Shown piece after piece: positions 34,001 through 45,018 of a stretch of 64,000 nt of DNA (the stretch's first letter is position 1; each line of letters begins with the position of its first letter). The position numbers and the translations under genes were made by a program. Under the pieces are notes generated by a model. The model had not been told where the DNA came from. It saw only the letters and a list, made by a program, of their open reading frames with translations, and ran no database searches. This DNA comes from Malacoraja senta (taxonomy: Eukaryota): positions 2,978,001 through 3,042,000 of the forward strand of contig CM075996.1 in assembly GCA_038087875.1 (NCBI GenBank). The letters run 5' to 3'.

Positions 34001-37000
34001 CTGTACAACTGCAGTAGAACCTCCCTGCTCCTATACTCAAATCCTTTTGCTATGAAAGCTAACATACCATTCGCTTTCTTCCCTGCCTGCTGCACCTCCA
34101 TGCCTACTTTCAATGACTGGTGTACCATGACACCCAGGTCTCGCTGCATCTCCCCTTTTCCTAGTCGGCCACCATTTAGATAATAGTCTGCTTTCCTGTT
34201 TTTGCCACCAAAATGGATAACCTCACATTTATCCACATTATACTGCATCTGCCAAACATTTGCCCACTCACCCAGCCTATCCATTAAATCCGACCCGAAA
34301 CGTCACCTGTTCCTTTCCCCCCCAGAGACACTGCCTGACCCGCAGAGTTATGCCCCTGTCCCACTTAGGAAACCTGAACGGAAACCTCTGGAGACTTTGT
34401 GCCCCACCCAAGGTTTCCGTGCGGTTCCAGGAGGTTCCGGTTGCGATGCTAGTTGAAGGAGGTTGCAGGTGGTTGCCGGAGGTTGCCGGAGGTTGCAGGT
34501 ATTGGAAGGTCTTACCTTCCACTACCTGCAACCTCCGGCAACCACCTTCAACTAGCATCGCAACGGGCTTCGACTAAAAAATTACAGATTTTTAAAACGG
34601 CAACATATTTTTAGTCGCGGCCGGTTTTGAATTTTTTGAAATATTCGCCTGAACGTAGAAGAAGCGGAAACCACTTTCGACCATTAGGGAGACGGACAAA
34701 AACCTCCGGGAATCACATGGAAACCTTGGGTGGGGCGCAAAGTCTCCAGAGGTTTCCGTTCAGGTTTCCTAAGTGGGACAGGGGCATTACTCCAGCTTTT
34801 TGTGTCTGTCTTCGATTTAACCCTGCATTTCCAGTTCCTTCCTACACACGCACGTCGGGTAATCGCCTTGTTCTTTCTGCCAGTTGTACTCCGTAGTGCC
34901 CTTCTTCCGACATTTTCCTGGACCCCACCAGAAGATATTCCGGAACCAGCGCTCCATTGAAGCCATCCTTCAGGTCTTCATCAACCAACACCGGGAGACT
35001 TTGAGCGGTGAAACCATCCGAGATTTTATTGACGCTTATCTACTGGAGATGGAAAAGGTGGGCCCAGAAATTGAATTATTCCACCTTGTTGGCAAGTATC
35101 TGCACGTGACAATTCCGGCGTGAATAATATGCTGACTTCTCTCAGGTGGGATACCCTAGAGCTCCGCACAATCAGGCTAAGACGGATAAATGTGAGGTTA
35201 TCCACTTTGGTAGCAAAAACAGGAAGGCAGATTACTATCTAAATGGCGTCAAGTTGGGAAAAGGGGAAGTACAACGGGATCTGGGGGTCCTTGTACATCA
35301 GTCTATGAAAGTAAGCATGCAGGTACAGCAGGCAGTGAAAAAACGAATGGCATGTTGGCCTTTATAACAAGAGGAATCGAATATGGGAGCAAAGAGGTCC
35401 TTCTGCAGTTGTACAGAGCCCTAGTGAGACCACACCTGGAGTATTGTGTGCGGTTTTGATCCCCTAATTTGAGGAAGGACATTCTTGCTATTGAGGGAGT
35501 GCAGCGTAGGTTTACGAGGTTAATTCCCGGGATGGCAGGACTGTCATATGCTGAGAGAATGGAGCAGCTGGGCTTGGCCACGTTAGAAGCAGGAAACATG
35601 TTCCCGATGTTGGGGGAGTCCAGAACCAGGGGCCACAGTTAAAGAATAAGGAGTAAGCCATTTAGAACGGAGACGAGCAAACACTTTTTCTCACAGAGAG
35701 TGGTGAGTCTGTGGAATTCTCTGCCTCAGAGGGCGGTGGAGGCAGGTTCTCTGGATGCTTTCAAGAGAGAGCTAGATAGGGCTCTTAAAAATAGCGGAGT
35801 CAGGAGATATGGGGAGAAGGCAGGAAGGGGGTACTGATTGGGGATGATCAGCCATTTTCACATTGAATGGCTGATCGAAGGGCCAAATGGCCTACTCCTG
35901 CACCTATTGTCTATTGTCTATTGACTGATTGCAATTTACAAGGAGATTCACAAAATCACGCCATCAAATCTCCCGTCATCCCAGAGCACCAACTGCCATG
36001 AAACAAGACAAATAACGGTCCCTACATCATCAACTCGCTAAATTTCAATAAACTTTGCTACCAATATTCCCTTTACCCAAGGACGATAAGGGAATGGAAT
36101 ATGTTACCACCCAACACACACGCTGCCCCCCATGTTAAGTCACTTAAAAAGGGGATTGAGTAACTAGATCTCCTCAATTTGGTCTCCTCAACTATGGTTA
36201 TATGGTTAAATGGTCAAAAAGGCCCACTTCAAAATTTCATCGCTACTCTACTCCCTCCGACCTGCTCGTGATAACCACTGATGAGGTGTTTGCACAAGAA
36301 TCAACCAGAACCAGTTTTTTGTTTCATTTAGAGATACAGCGCGGAAACAGGCCCTCAGGCCCACCGAGTCCGTGCCAACCAGCGAACCCTACACACCAGC
36401 ACTATCCTACACACAATAGGGACAATTCTACAATTCTACCAAGCCAATTAACCTACAAACCTGCACGTCTCTGGAGTGTGGGAGGAAACCCGGGGCACCC
36501 AGAGAAAACCCACTCGGGTCACGGGGAGAACGTACAGGCAGCACCCGTAGTCGGGATCGATCCTGGGTCTCTGGCGCTGTGAGGCAGCAACTCTACCGCT
36601 GCGCCACCGTGAAATTACCATCTAAATGTGAATGTGAAAGAGGGACGATGGCCTTCTTCTAACTTTCAGTCTGAAGAAGGGTCTCGACCCGAAACGTCAC
36701 CCACCCCTTCTCTCCAGAGAGGCTGCCCGTCCCACTCAGTTACTCCAGCATTCTGTGTCTATCTTCGGTGTAAAGCAGCATCTGGGGTTCCTTCCTACCC
36801 GGTTTTTGTTGTGTTTGCAGGACCAGGGGTCTCAGACGTCCTGCATGACGGAGGGGAACCTACTCCATAACGTTGTTGACCTGTTCCTCGCTGGCACTGA
36901 AACGACCACAAACACTCTCCAGTGGGGTCTGCTAATCATGATGGCTCACCCCGACATACAAGGTAAAAGGGCGGCACGGTGGCACAGCGGGTAGAGTCGC

Positions 37001-40000
37001 TGCCTCACAGCGCCAGAGACCCCGGTTCGATCCCGACCACGGGTGCTGTCCGTACGGAGTTTGTACCTTCTCCCCGTGACCTGCGTTGGTTTCCTCCGAG
37101 ATCTTCAGTTTCCTTCTTTACTCCAAAGACGTACAGGTTTGCTGGTTGATTGGCTTGGTGTAATTGTAACGTATCCCGAGGGTGTGTAGGATAGTGCTAG
37201 TGTACGGGGATCACTGGGAAACACGGAGTCAGTGGGCCGAAGGGCCTGTTTCTGTATCTCTAATCTAAACTCAGCTCACTGGCCCGGGAAACAAATTGAA
37301 AATTGTCCCTAAAGTGTGAGTAGGATAGTGGGGTGATCACGAGTCGACGTGAACCCGGTGGGCCAAAGGGCCTGTTTATACACCATCTCTAAAGTCTAAA
37401 GCATAGGTAAACGGGGGCAGCCAGCATCTTAAATGAAGGCTTTTTCTGGATAGAGTGGATGTTTTCACTAGTGGGAGAATCTACAAGCAGTACAGAGGTG
37501 CAGTGAAAAGCTTTTCCTGTGGGCTAACCAGTCAGCGGAAGGACAATACATGTTTACAATTGAGTCATACACAGTGTATAGACACGTGACAAAGGGATTA
37601 GCATTCAGTGCAAGGTAAAGCCAGCAAAGTCCAATCAAAGATAGTCCGAATGAAGTAGATAGTAGTTCAGGACTGCTCCCTAGTTGTGGTAGGATGATTT
37701 GACGGCACTGGGGCTGTGCTCGCTGGAGTTTAGAAGGATAGAAAATAGACAGTAGACAATAGACAATAGATGCAGGTGTAGGTCATTCGGCCCTTCGAGC
37801 CAGCACCGCCATTCAATGTGATCATGGCTGATCATCCCCAATCATGAGGATGAGGGGAGACCTCATTGAAACTTATCGATTAGGCCTGTATAGAGTGAAT
37901 GTGGAGAGGTGGTTTCCACTAGTGGGAGAGTCTAGGACCAGAGGCCATAGTCTCAGAAAAGCAGGACAAGTCAATGGATATTTTTAAGGTGGTTGACGGA
38001 TTCTTGATGAGTACGGGTATCAGGGGTGATGGGGGAGAGGGCAGGAGAATGGGGATGAGAGGGGCACTTGGATCAGCCATGATTGAATGGCGGAGTAGAC
38101 TTGATGGGCCGAATGGCCTAATTCTGCTCCTAGAATTTATGACTTCCCAAAGGCAGCTAGGAATGGGCAATAAAAGCTGGACCCCATGAAGACAAAATGA
38201 GGGCACTAGCCAATTGGCAGGGTGGACTTGATGGGCCGAATGGCCTAATTCTGCTCCTATCACTTATGAAATATTGCTGCCGGAGGGACAGGTTGTGCAT
38301 GGGGAATGGGTTGTTCTGTAATCAATGGCTTCCCTGTCCACAGAGAGGTGCCAGTGGGAGATAGCCGAGGTGATCGGGTGGTCCCGTGCCCCGAGCATGG
38401 AGGACGGACCCAACATGCCGTACCTCAGCGCTGTCATCCACGAGCTCCAGAGGTTTGGCAACATCGTGCCGTTAGCCGCAGGGCACACGACCCTCGAGGA
38501 CGTTACCTTCCGGGGATACCGGCTGAAGAAGGTGACCCTTGCTTTCCTGACCACCCCTTTCCCCCAGTCCCACTTCAGTTCTCAACCAAGCAAGGATCAG
38601 GGGAGTGTTGTAGAGCAGAGGGATCTAGGAGCACAGGGTACATACATAGCGCCCTGAAAGTGGCATCATAGGTAGATAGGAAGTGTTGCAGGGCAGAGGG
38701 ATGTAGGAGTCTATATACCAGCATCTGCATTTCCTTTCTACACTTGACCAATTTCCTTAATCTTCTAAGGACGTTGGTGTTATTTCTTGGTCAATTAACA
38801 TGAGCGGCACGGTGGGGCAGCGGGTAGAGCTGCTGCCTCACAGCGCCAGAGACCCAGGTTCCATCCTGACTACGGGCGCTGTCTGTACGGAGTTTGTACC
38901 TTCTCCCCGTGACCTGCGTGGGTTTTCTCCGAGCTCTTCGGTTTCCTCCCACACTCCAAAGACGTGCAGGTTTGTAGGTTAATTGGCTTGGCGTAAATGT
39001 CAACTCAAGTCACTTTTATTTCTATAGCACATTTAAAATACAACTATCGTTGACCAAAGTGCTTTACATTGGTGGAGATACTAACATTACACAACAGTGG
39101 TTCACAGATTAAGTACATACATAAATACATACATATAGCCCTCCCTCAGAGGACGTCAAGAAAGGCTTGAGAGTAAAGATGAGTTTTAAGTCTCGACTTA
39201 AAGGAGTCGATGGAGGGGGCAGTTCTGATGGGAAGGGGGATGCTGTTCCACAGTCTAGGAGCTGCAACCGCAAAGGCGCGGTCGCCCCTGAGATGCCTGG
39301 ACCGCGGGATGGTCAGTAATCCCGTCGGCCGATCTGAGGGACCTGGAGGTGGAGTGGTGGGTAAGCAGACTTTTTATGTAGGTGGGGGCAAGCCCGTTGA
39401 GGGCTTTGTAGATATCAAGAAGGATCTTGAAGTTTATACGGAACCGCACAGGGAGCCAGTGGAGAGAGGCCAGGATCAGGGTGATGTGGTCCCTTTTTCG
39501 GGTGCCCATCAGGAGTCTCACTGCGGCGTTTTGGACCAGTTGCAGGCGGGACAGGGAAGATTGGCTGATGCCAGTGTAAAGGGAGTTGCAGTAATCGAGG
39601 CGGGAGGAGATGAATGTGTGGATGATCTTTTCCAGGTCATCAAACTGGAGGAATTGTTTTATTTTAGCTATCGTCCGAAGCTGAAAGAAGCTAGCTTTTA
39701 CCACGGCATTGACTTGTTTGTCAAATTTCAGTGCTGAGTCAAATATCACGCCAAGGTTTTTGACGTGGGGTTTGAGTAGTGGCGTAAGGCTTCCAAGGCT
39801 GCCTGCTATCGTTTTGATTGAGTCCGAGGGGCCGAGAAGGATGACCTCAGACTTACTTTTGTTTAGTTGGAGGAAGTTCTGGGCCATCCAACACTTTATA
39901 TCCTCGAGGCAGAGGATAAGGTTAAGTAGATTTGTATATGTCCCTAGTATGTGTAGGATGGTGTTAGTGTGCAGGGATCGCTGGTCGGTGCGGACTCGGT

Positions 40001-40512
40001 GGGCCGAAGGGCCTGTTTCCGCGCTGTATCTCTAAACATGTACATTGGGTAAAACTTCATAATAACACAGATATTTGATGCTGCTTTCTATTTGTAGAAA
40101 ACAATGGTCATCATAAACCTGTCATCAGTTTTAATGGATGAAACACAGTGGAAGTACCCAAAAGAATTCAATCCAGAGAACTTTCTGAACGAGAAGGGGG
40201 AATTCTTCAAGCCGGACGCATTTGTTCCATTTTCAATGGGTGAGTAACCAAACCATTGTGTTGGAATTAGAGGTTCCACCCAGTGTTAAATTAATGTAAC
40301 CTTCATTCAGGGGCGGCGCGGTGGCGCAGCGGGTAGAGCTGCTGCCTCACAGCGCCAGAGACCCAGGTTTGATCCTGACTACGGGTGCTGTCTGTACGGA
40401 GTTTGTACCTTCTCCCCTGCGTGGGTTTTCTCCGAGATCCTCGGCATCCTCCCACACTCCCACACAAAGCACACAGATTTGTAGGTTCATCGGCTTGGTA
40501 TGAATGAAAAGT

Positions 40513-40553
<41 letters not shown>

Positions 40554-40586
40554 TGTGTGTGTGTCTGTGTGTGTGTGTGTGTGTGT

Positions 40587-40643
<57 letters not shown>

Positions 40644-41469
40644 TGTGTGTCTGTGTGTCTGTGTGTCTGTGTGTCCCTGTGTGTGCCTGTGTGTGCCTGT
40701 GTGTGCCTGTGTGTGCCTGTGTGTGCCTGTGTGTGCCTGTGTGTGCCTGTGTGTGCCTGTGTGTGCCTGTGTGTGCCTGTGTGTGCCTGTGTGTGCCTGT
40801 GTGTGCCTGTGTGTGCCTGTGTGTGCCTGTGTGTGCCTGTGTGTGCCTGTGTGTGCCTTTGTGCCTGTGTGTGCCTTTGTGCCTGTGTGTGCCTTTGTGC
40901 CTGTGTGTGCCTTTGTGCCTTTGTGTGCCTGTGTGTCTTTGTGTGCCTGTGTGTCTTTGTGTGCCTGTGTGTCTTTGTGTGCCTGTGTGTCTTTGTGTGC
41001 CTGTGTGTCTTTGTGTGCCTGTGTGTCTTTGTGTGCCTGTGTGTCTTTGTGTGCCTGTGTGTGCCTGTGTGTGTCTGTGTGTGTCTGTGTGTGTCTGTGT
41101 GTGTCTGTGTGTGTCTGTGTGTGTCTGTGTGTGTCTGTGTGTGTCTGTGTGTGTCTGTGTGTGTCTGTGTGTGTGTCCCTCCTGGGATAAATAAAGTTCT
41201 ATCGTATCGTAACGTATGGTAATTCTCACGCCCTCGTGAAATTGACTCCTCCAGGTCTGCGAGCCTGCCCAGGTGAGAAGCTGGCCAAGATGGAGCTCTT
41301 CCTGTTCTTCACCTCTCTGCTTCGTGACTTTGAGTTTTACTGGCCCGACCCGGCCACCACTCCCAGCCTGCAGGCCGTGTACAAGATCACGCTCGGCCCA
41401 CGGCCCTACAAGCTGGGGATAAGGTGCAGAAAGGCTCCCGGTGATGGAGAGACACTTCCAACGGACTGA
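21877..41469 (+). CDS. Cytochrome P450 family 2 (CYP2D-like), complete; 9 exons: 21877-22092, 26598-26760, 28625-28777, 31472-31632, 34884-35057, 36821-36962, 38344-38531, 40098-40239, 41255-41469; 517 aa
   Basis: Exon sizes 216/163/153/161/174/142/188/142/215 sum to 1554 nt in one frame and follow the conserved CYP2 9-exon layout; all introns GT-AG. Motifs: N-terminal TM + PPGP, C-helix WKQQR, I-helix AGTETT, K-helix ELQR, PENF, haem loop FSMGLRACPG. Subfamily not determinable without phylogeny. Confidence 0.95.
22785..23750. mobile_element. Inverted Penelope-like pLTR pair (minus ~22785-23312, plus ~23312-23690, minus ~23695-23750)
   Basis: QPSGMNID peptide on minus, NIDFSNFR on plus, [11 protein letters not shown] on minus; hammerhead-like motif 23599-23628. 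Confidence 0.7.
23030..23252 (+). repeat. G-rich (GGGGGACA)n array
   Basis: About 25 G-runs separated mostly by ACA. Confidence 0.95.
25825..26160 (+). mobile_element. CR1 3' fragment nested in a Rex1 fragment (~25615-26530)
   Basis: Young CR1 tail with (TTTCTATG)3 interrupts the KDQ..HPGH Rex1 sequence. Confidence 0.85.
26598..26760 (+). CDS. CYP2 exon 2
   Basis: [54 protein letters not shown]; 163 nt, donor G|GTAATA. Confidence 0.93.
26798..27295 (+). mobile_element. CR1 RT fragment
   Basis: [12 protein letters not shown]...[10 protein letters not shown]. Confidence 0.9.
27940..28232 (-). mobile_element. HE1/V-SINE-type SINE
   Basis: Complete head, V-domain and tail on minus strand. Confidence 0.85.
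28625..28777 (+). CDS. CYP2 exon 3
   Basis: [29 protein letters not shown]...; 153 nt, donor G|GTAAGT. Confidence 0.95.
29125..30840 (-). mobile_element. Non-autonomous Helitron (1716 bp)
   Basis: Minus strand begins TCTATATTACTAAAAG, ends with hairpin TGGGACCC-AAC-GGGTCCCA followed by CTTAATCTAG; sits between A and T with no TSD; splits a Rex1 3'UTR (28983-29124 | 30841-31075). Confidence 0.85.
29413..29912. repeat. 48-bp minisatellite (~10 copies) inside the Helitron
   Basis: Unit TTCAAGCAGGGTGCAAGGCCACCAAATTCAAGTGCAGTTTCATACCA(C/T); 16-aa periodicity in ORFs. Confidence 0.95.
31472..31632 (+). CDS. CYP2 exon 4
   Basis: [34 protein letters not shown]...; 161 nt, donor ATG|GTGAGA. Confidence 0.95.
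32670..33103 (-). mobile_element. CR1 3' fragment ((CTATTGT)n-tail subfamily)
   Basis: Matches 46050-46575 and 53005-53425 copies. Confidence 0.88.
33417..34283 (-). mobile_element. CR1 3' fragment (young subfamily)
   Basis: 232-aa ORF nearly identical to that of the 15873-19265 element. Confidence 0.93.
34351..34786. mobile_element. PIF/Harbinger MITE (436 bp)
   Basis: ~70-bp TIRs starting TGCCCCTGTCCCACTTAGGAAACC; TTA TSD; splits the Penelope-derived motif GAGTTA|CTCCAGC. Confidence 0.9.
34884..35057 (+). CDS. CYP2 exon 5
   Basis: [19 protein letters not shown]...[14 protein letters not shown]; 174 nt. Confidence 0.95.
35183..35922 (+). mobile_element. CR1 3' fragment
   Basis: DKCEVIHFG... 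to (CTATTGT)n tail. Confidence 0.9.
35935..36235 (+). mobile_element. Old degenerate LINE 3' end (CR1-group, distinct family)
   Basis: [18 protein letters not shown] peptide at about 36056-36110, typical of a LINE ORF2 terminus. Confidence 0.55.
36325..36611 (-). mobile_element. HE1/V-SINE-type SINE
   Basis: Head, V-domain and tail on minus strand. Confidence 0.85.
36665..36800 (+). ncRNA. Minimal hammerhead ribozyme-like motif in a Penelope-derived short repeat (best-preserved copy)
   Basis: CTGAAGA(36671-36677)-A-GGGTC TC GACCC-GAAAC-GTC(36696-36698). Confidence 0.55.
36821..36962 (+). CDS. CYP2 exon 6 (I-helix)
   Basis: ...[35 protein letters not shown]; 142 nt. Confidence 0.96.
36968..37270 (+). 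mobile_element. HE1/V-SINE-type SINE starting ~6 nt into CYP intron 6
   Basis: GGGCGGCACGGTGGCACAGCGG head, B box GGTTCGATCCC. Confidence 0.88.
38344..38531 (+). CDS. CYP2 exon 7 (K-helix)
   Basis: [12 protein letters not shown]...[20 protein letters not shown]...FRGYRLKK; 188 nt. Confidence 0.96.
39001..39925 (-). mobile_element. L2-clade LINE 3' fragment nested in an HE1 SINE (38803-39000 | 39930-40035)
   Basis: [31 protein letters not shown] motifs; L2 tail ...AAATGTGCTATAGAAATAAAAGTGACTTGAG. Confidence 0.9.
40098..40239 (+). CDS. CYP2 exon 8
   Basis: [47 protein letters not shown]; 142 nt, donor G|GTGAGT. Confidence 0.96.
40514..41176. repeat. Compound (TG)n/(GTGTGCCTGT)n microsatellite-minisatellite in CYP intron 8
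   Basis: Successive 2-, 10-, 18- and 10-bp periodicities. Confidence 0.97.
41255..41469 (+). CDS. CYP2 exon 9 (haem cysteine, stop)
   Basis: [28 protein letters not shown]...[11 protein letters not shown]...TGA. Confidence 0.95.
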
Positions 41470-41879
41470 CACTCAAGATGGCTTCCAGGAATCCGGGACC
41501 ATGCTGGATTGGAATAGAGACTTCTCTAGTCTACCTGTCCCAGCCGTTCCAGTAGACTGTCTAGACAAATCTCGGACAGATTCTCTACCTTTCCTTCACA
41601 ATGCCTTGCAAGATAATCATGTCGCTTGGTCGGTAAATTGTCCCGAATGAGTAGGATAGAACTAGTGTACGAGTGATCATGGTCAGCATGGCCTCGGTGG
41701 GCCGAAGGGCCAGTTTCCATGCTGTAAAGCCAAACTCAAACTACCTGCCCCACCTGTCTTGGCCAAGCCTTGGACTAATTCTCTATCTTACCTTCAGTGT
41801 GCGACTGGTGTGCTGGCTCGAAGGGCCGAATGGCCTACTCCTGCACCTGTTGTCTATTGACTTGTCAAAGACTTGCAAC

Positions 41880-42412
41880 ACAGTGGTGGAGCTGCTGCCT
41901 TGCAATGCCAGAGACCCAGGTTCCATCCTGACCGCAGACCTCGGGTGGCTGTCTGTGTGGAGTTTGCACGCTCTCCCCGTGACCTGCGTGGGTTTTCTCC
42001 GGTTCCTCCGGTTCCCTCCCACACTCCAAAGACGCACGGGTTTGTAGGTTAATTGGCTTCTGTAAATTGTCCCGAGTGTGTGTAGGACAGTGCTTGTGAA
42101 GGGGGTGATCGCTGGTCGGTGCGGACACGGTGGGCCGAAGGGCCAGTTTCCACACTGCATCTCCAAGCTAAAACTAATCGGGCGCAGCGGTAGAGTTGCT
42201 GCCTTTACAGCACTTGGAGCGCCGGAGTCCCGGGTTCGATCCTGACCACGAGTGCTGTCTGTACGGAGTTTTGTACGTTCTTCCCATGACCAGCTAAGGT
42301 TTTCTCCGAGATCTTCAGTTTCCTCCCACGCACCAAATAGTGTTAATGTGCGGGGATCGCTGGTCGGGGCAGATGCGGTGGGCCGAAGGGCCTGTATCCG
42401 CACTGTATCTCT
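41880..42412 (+). mobile_element. Two tandem HE1-type SINEs downstream of the CYP stop
   Basis: Two head/V-domain/tail units. Confidence 0.8.
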
Positions 42413-43289
42413 GAACCAGACGTCAATCGATAGATAAGTTTCCCCTGTGATATTCTCCAGCATTTTGCATCTTTCTTTGGTATAAACCAGCATCTGCAGT
42501 TCCTGGCTATTTCATTTAAGTTGTCCTTTTAGAATAATTTTCATGAGGAAATGGTACATTTGCAAATAAATTCTTGCAGGATGATAAGTGCATGGACTGA
42601 GAGGTGTTGGGGTCATTTCTTCCTGCGTTGCGAGTAAGAAAGGTTTAATGATTGAAGCGAGTTGTCGCTGATTTAAATGTGACTCCAATGAGTGGTTGAA
42701 ATTCCACATCTTGCCCGGTGGTGGCGGTGTTGAGCCATTAAAGCACAGCCATTCACAAGGTCCTGATGCAAGGTCTCGACCCAAAACTCTGCCTCCACAG
42801 ATGCTGCATCGTCCCACTGAGTTCTTCCAGCAATTTTTATCGTTTCTGCACCATTCACATAGTGCCCGTTTTTATCATTTCTGCACCATCGCGCAATTAC
42901 AACAGGTAATTACAAAGGCAAAAATGCCCGAGTGCAGAATATAGTGTTACAGAGCTTTACAATTGCAGAGAGAAAATTGCAAGGTGTGCAATGAGATAGG
43001 TTGGAAGATCGGGACTACATCATTAGCTTATGGGGGACCATTCAATACCCACAGAAAGAATCCTACCAGGATGAGTCACCTATTCCTTTTCTCCAGAGAA
43101 GCTGCCTGACCATCTGAGTTACCACCGTCATGTCTATCTTCGGTTTAAACCAACATCTGCAGATCCTCCCTGCACAGGACGCACCACAGCTGAGATAGGA
43201 GACATTTCGGTCAGGACTCTTCTTACTGGAGGGCTCGACCCCAAACGTTACCTTTCCATGTTCTCCAGAGATGTTCTCTCAGATAATAG

Positions 43290-44068
43290 TCAACAGGAAA
43301 GTAGACTATTATATGAATGGTGGCCGATTAGGAAAAGGGGAGATGCAACGAGACCTGGTTGTCATGGTACACCAGTCATTGAAAGTAGGCATGCAGGTGC
43401 AGCAGGCAGTGAAGAAGGCGAATGGTATGTTAGCATTCATAGCAAAAGGATTTGAGTATAGGAGCAGGGAGGTTCTACTGCAGTTATACAGGGTCTTCGT
43501 GAGACCACACCTGGAGTATTGCGTACAGTTTTGGTCTCCTAATCTGAGGAAAGACATTCTTGCCATAGAGGGAGTACAGAGAAGGTTCACCAGACTGATT
43601 CCTGGGATGGCAGGACTTTCATATGAAGAAAGACTGGATAGACTCGGCTTGTACTCGCTAGAATTTAGAAGATTGAGGGGGGATCTTATAGAAATTTACA
43701 AAATTCTTAAGGGGTTGGACAGGCTAGATGCAGGAAGATTGTTCCCGATGTTGGGGAAGTCCAGAACAAGGGGTCACAGCTTAAGGATAAGGGGGAAATC
43801 TTTTAGGACCGAGATGAGGAAAACATTTTTCACACAGAGCGTGGTGAATCTCTGGAATTCTCTGCCACAGAAGGTAGTTGAGGCCAGTTCATTGGCTATA
43901 TTTAAGAGGGAGTTAGATGTGGCCCTTGTGGCTAAAGGGATCAGGGGGTATGGAGAGAAGGCAGGTACAGGATACTGAGTTGGATGATCAGCCATGATCA
44001 TATTGAATGGCGGTGCAGGCTCGAAGGGCCGAATGGCCTACTCCTGCACCTATTTTCTATGTTTCTAT
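43290..44068 (+). mobile_element. CR1 3' fragment (young subfamily)
   Basis: Open 235-aa ORF2 C-terminus and tail. Confidence 0.93.
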
Positions 44069-44967
44069 GCTGTCTGACTCCTTGAGTTACTCCAGCACTT
44101 TGTGTCCTACACAAGATTCCAGCATCTGCAGTTCCTCATGTCTGATAACAGATGGGAAGAGGCTGTTCTCGAGTCCGGTGGTACGTGTGTTTAGAAGCGT
44201 TTGCATCTTCTGCCTGACAGGACAGGCGAGAAGTGGGAAGGCCCAGGGTGATTATGCTGGCTGCTTTCCCGAGGCAGCGTGAAGTATAGATGGAGTCGAT
44301 GGAAATGGGGGAGGGAGGCTGGTGTGTGTGTGTGTGACCGACCCACCACGACATCCACAACTATGCAATATCCTTAGACTTTAGAGATATGCAGTGCAGA
44401 AACACCACACTAGGGACAATTTACAATTTTTTTTTGACTGAAGCCAATTAACCCATAAACCTGCGCGTCTTTGGAGTGTGGGAGGAAACCATAGCACCCA
44501 GAGAAAACCCACGCAGTCGCCGGGAGAAAGTGCAAACTCCACATAGACAGCACCCGTAGTCAGGTGCTGCAAGGCAGCAACTCTACCGCTGCGCCACAGA
44601 GCCGCCTTCAAAAAACTATTAAATGTTTGTTTTAATTAAAAAAATATTTGGACAGGTCCATGGATAGGATAGGTTGAGGGATATGGGCCAAGCGCGGGCA
44701 GGTGGGACTAGTGGAGATGGGACATGTTGGTCGGAGTGGGCAAGTTGAGTGGAGGGTCCTGTTTCCATGCTTAGTTCCCAGAGACAGTTTCTCCCCCACT
44801 GCTCCATCTAAGACCGCAAGACTTTGCAGAGAGCGGTGGACGCAGCCCAGACCAGCACGCAAACCAACCTCCCTTCCATGGATTCCATCCACACTTCATG
44901 TTGCCTAAATGACCCTATCATGAGATGGTGCCTGTCCTGTTGAGTTACTCCACCACTTTTTGCGTCG

Positions 44968-45018
<51 letters not shown>

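Noticed and set aside
36968..37040. tRNA genes (A/B boxes in many places)
   Set aside because: These are SINE heads continuing into V-domain and LINE-like tail; no complete cloverleaf.
42565..42570. AATAAA as the CYP polyA signal
   Set aside because: Plausible (about 1.1 kb after the stop) but unsupported without transcript data; ATTAAA near 42737 is an alternative.
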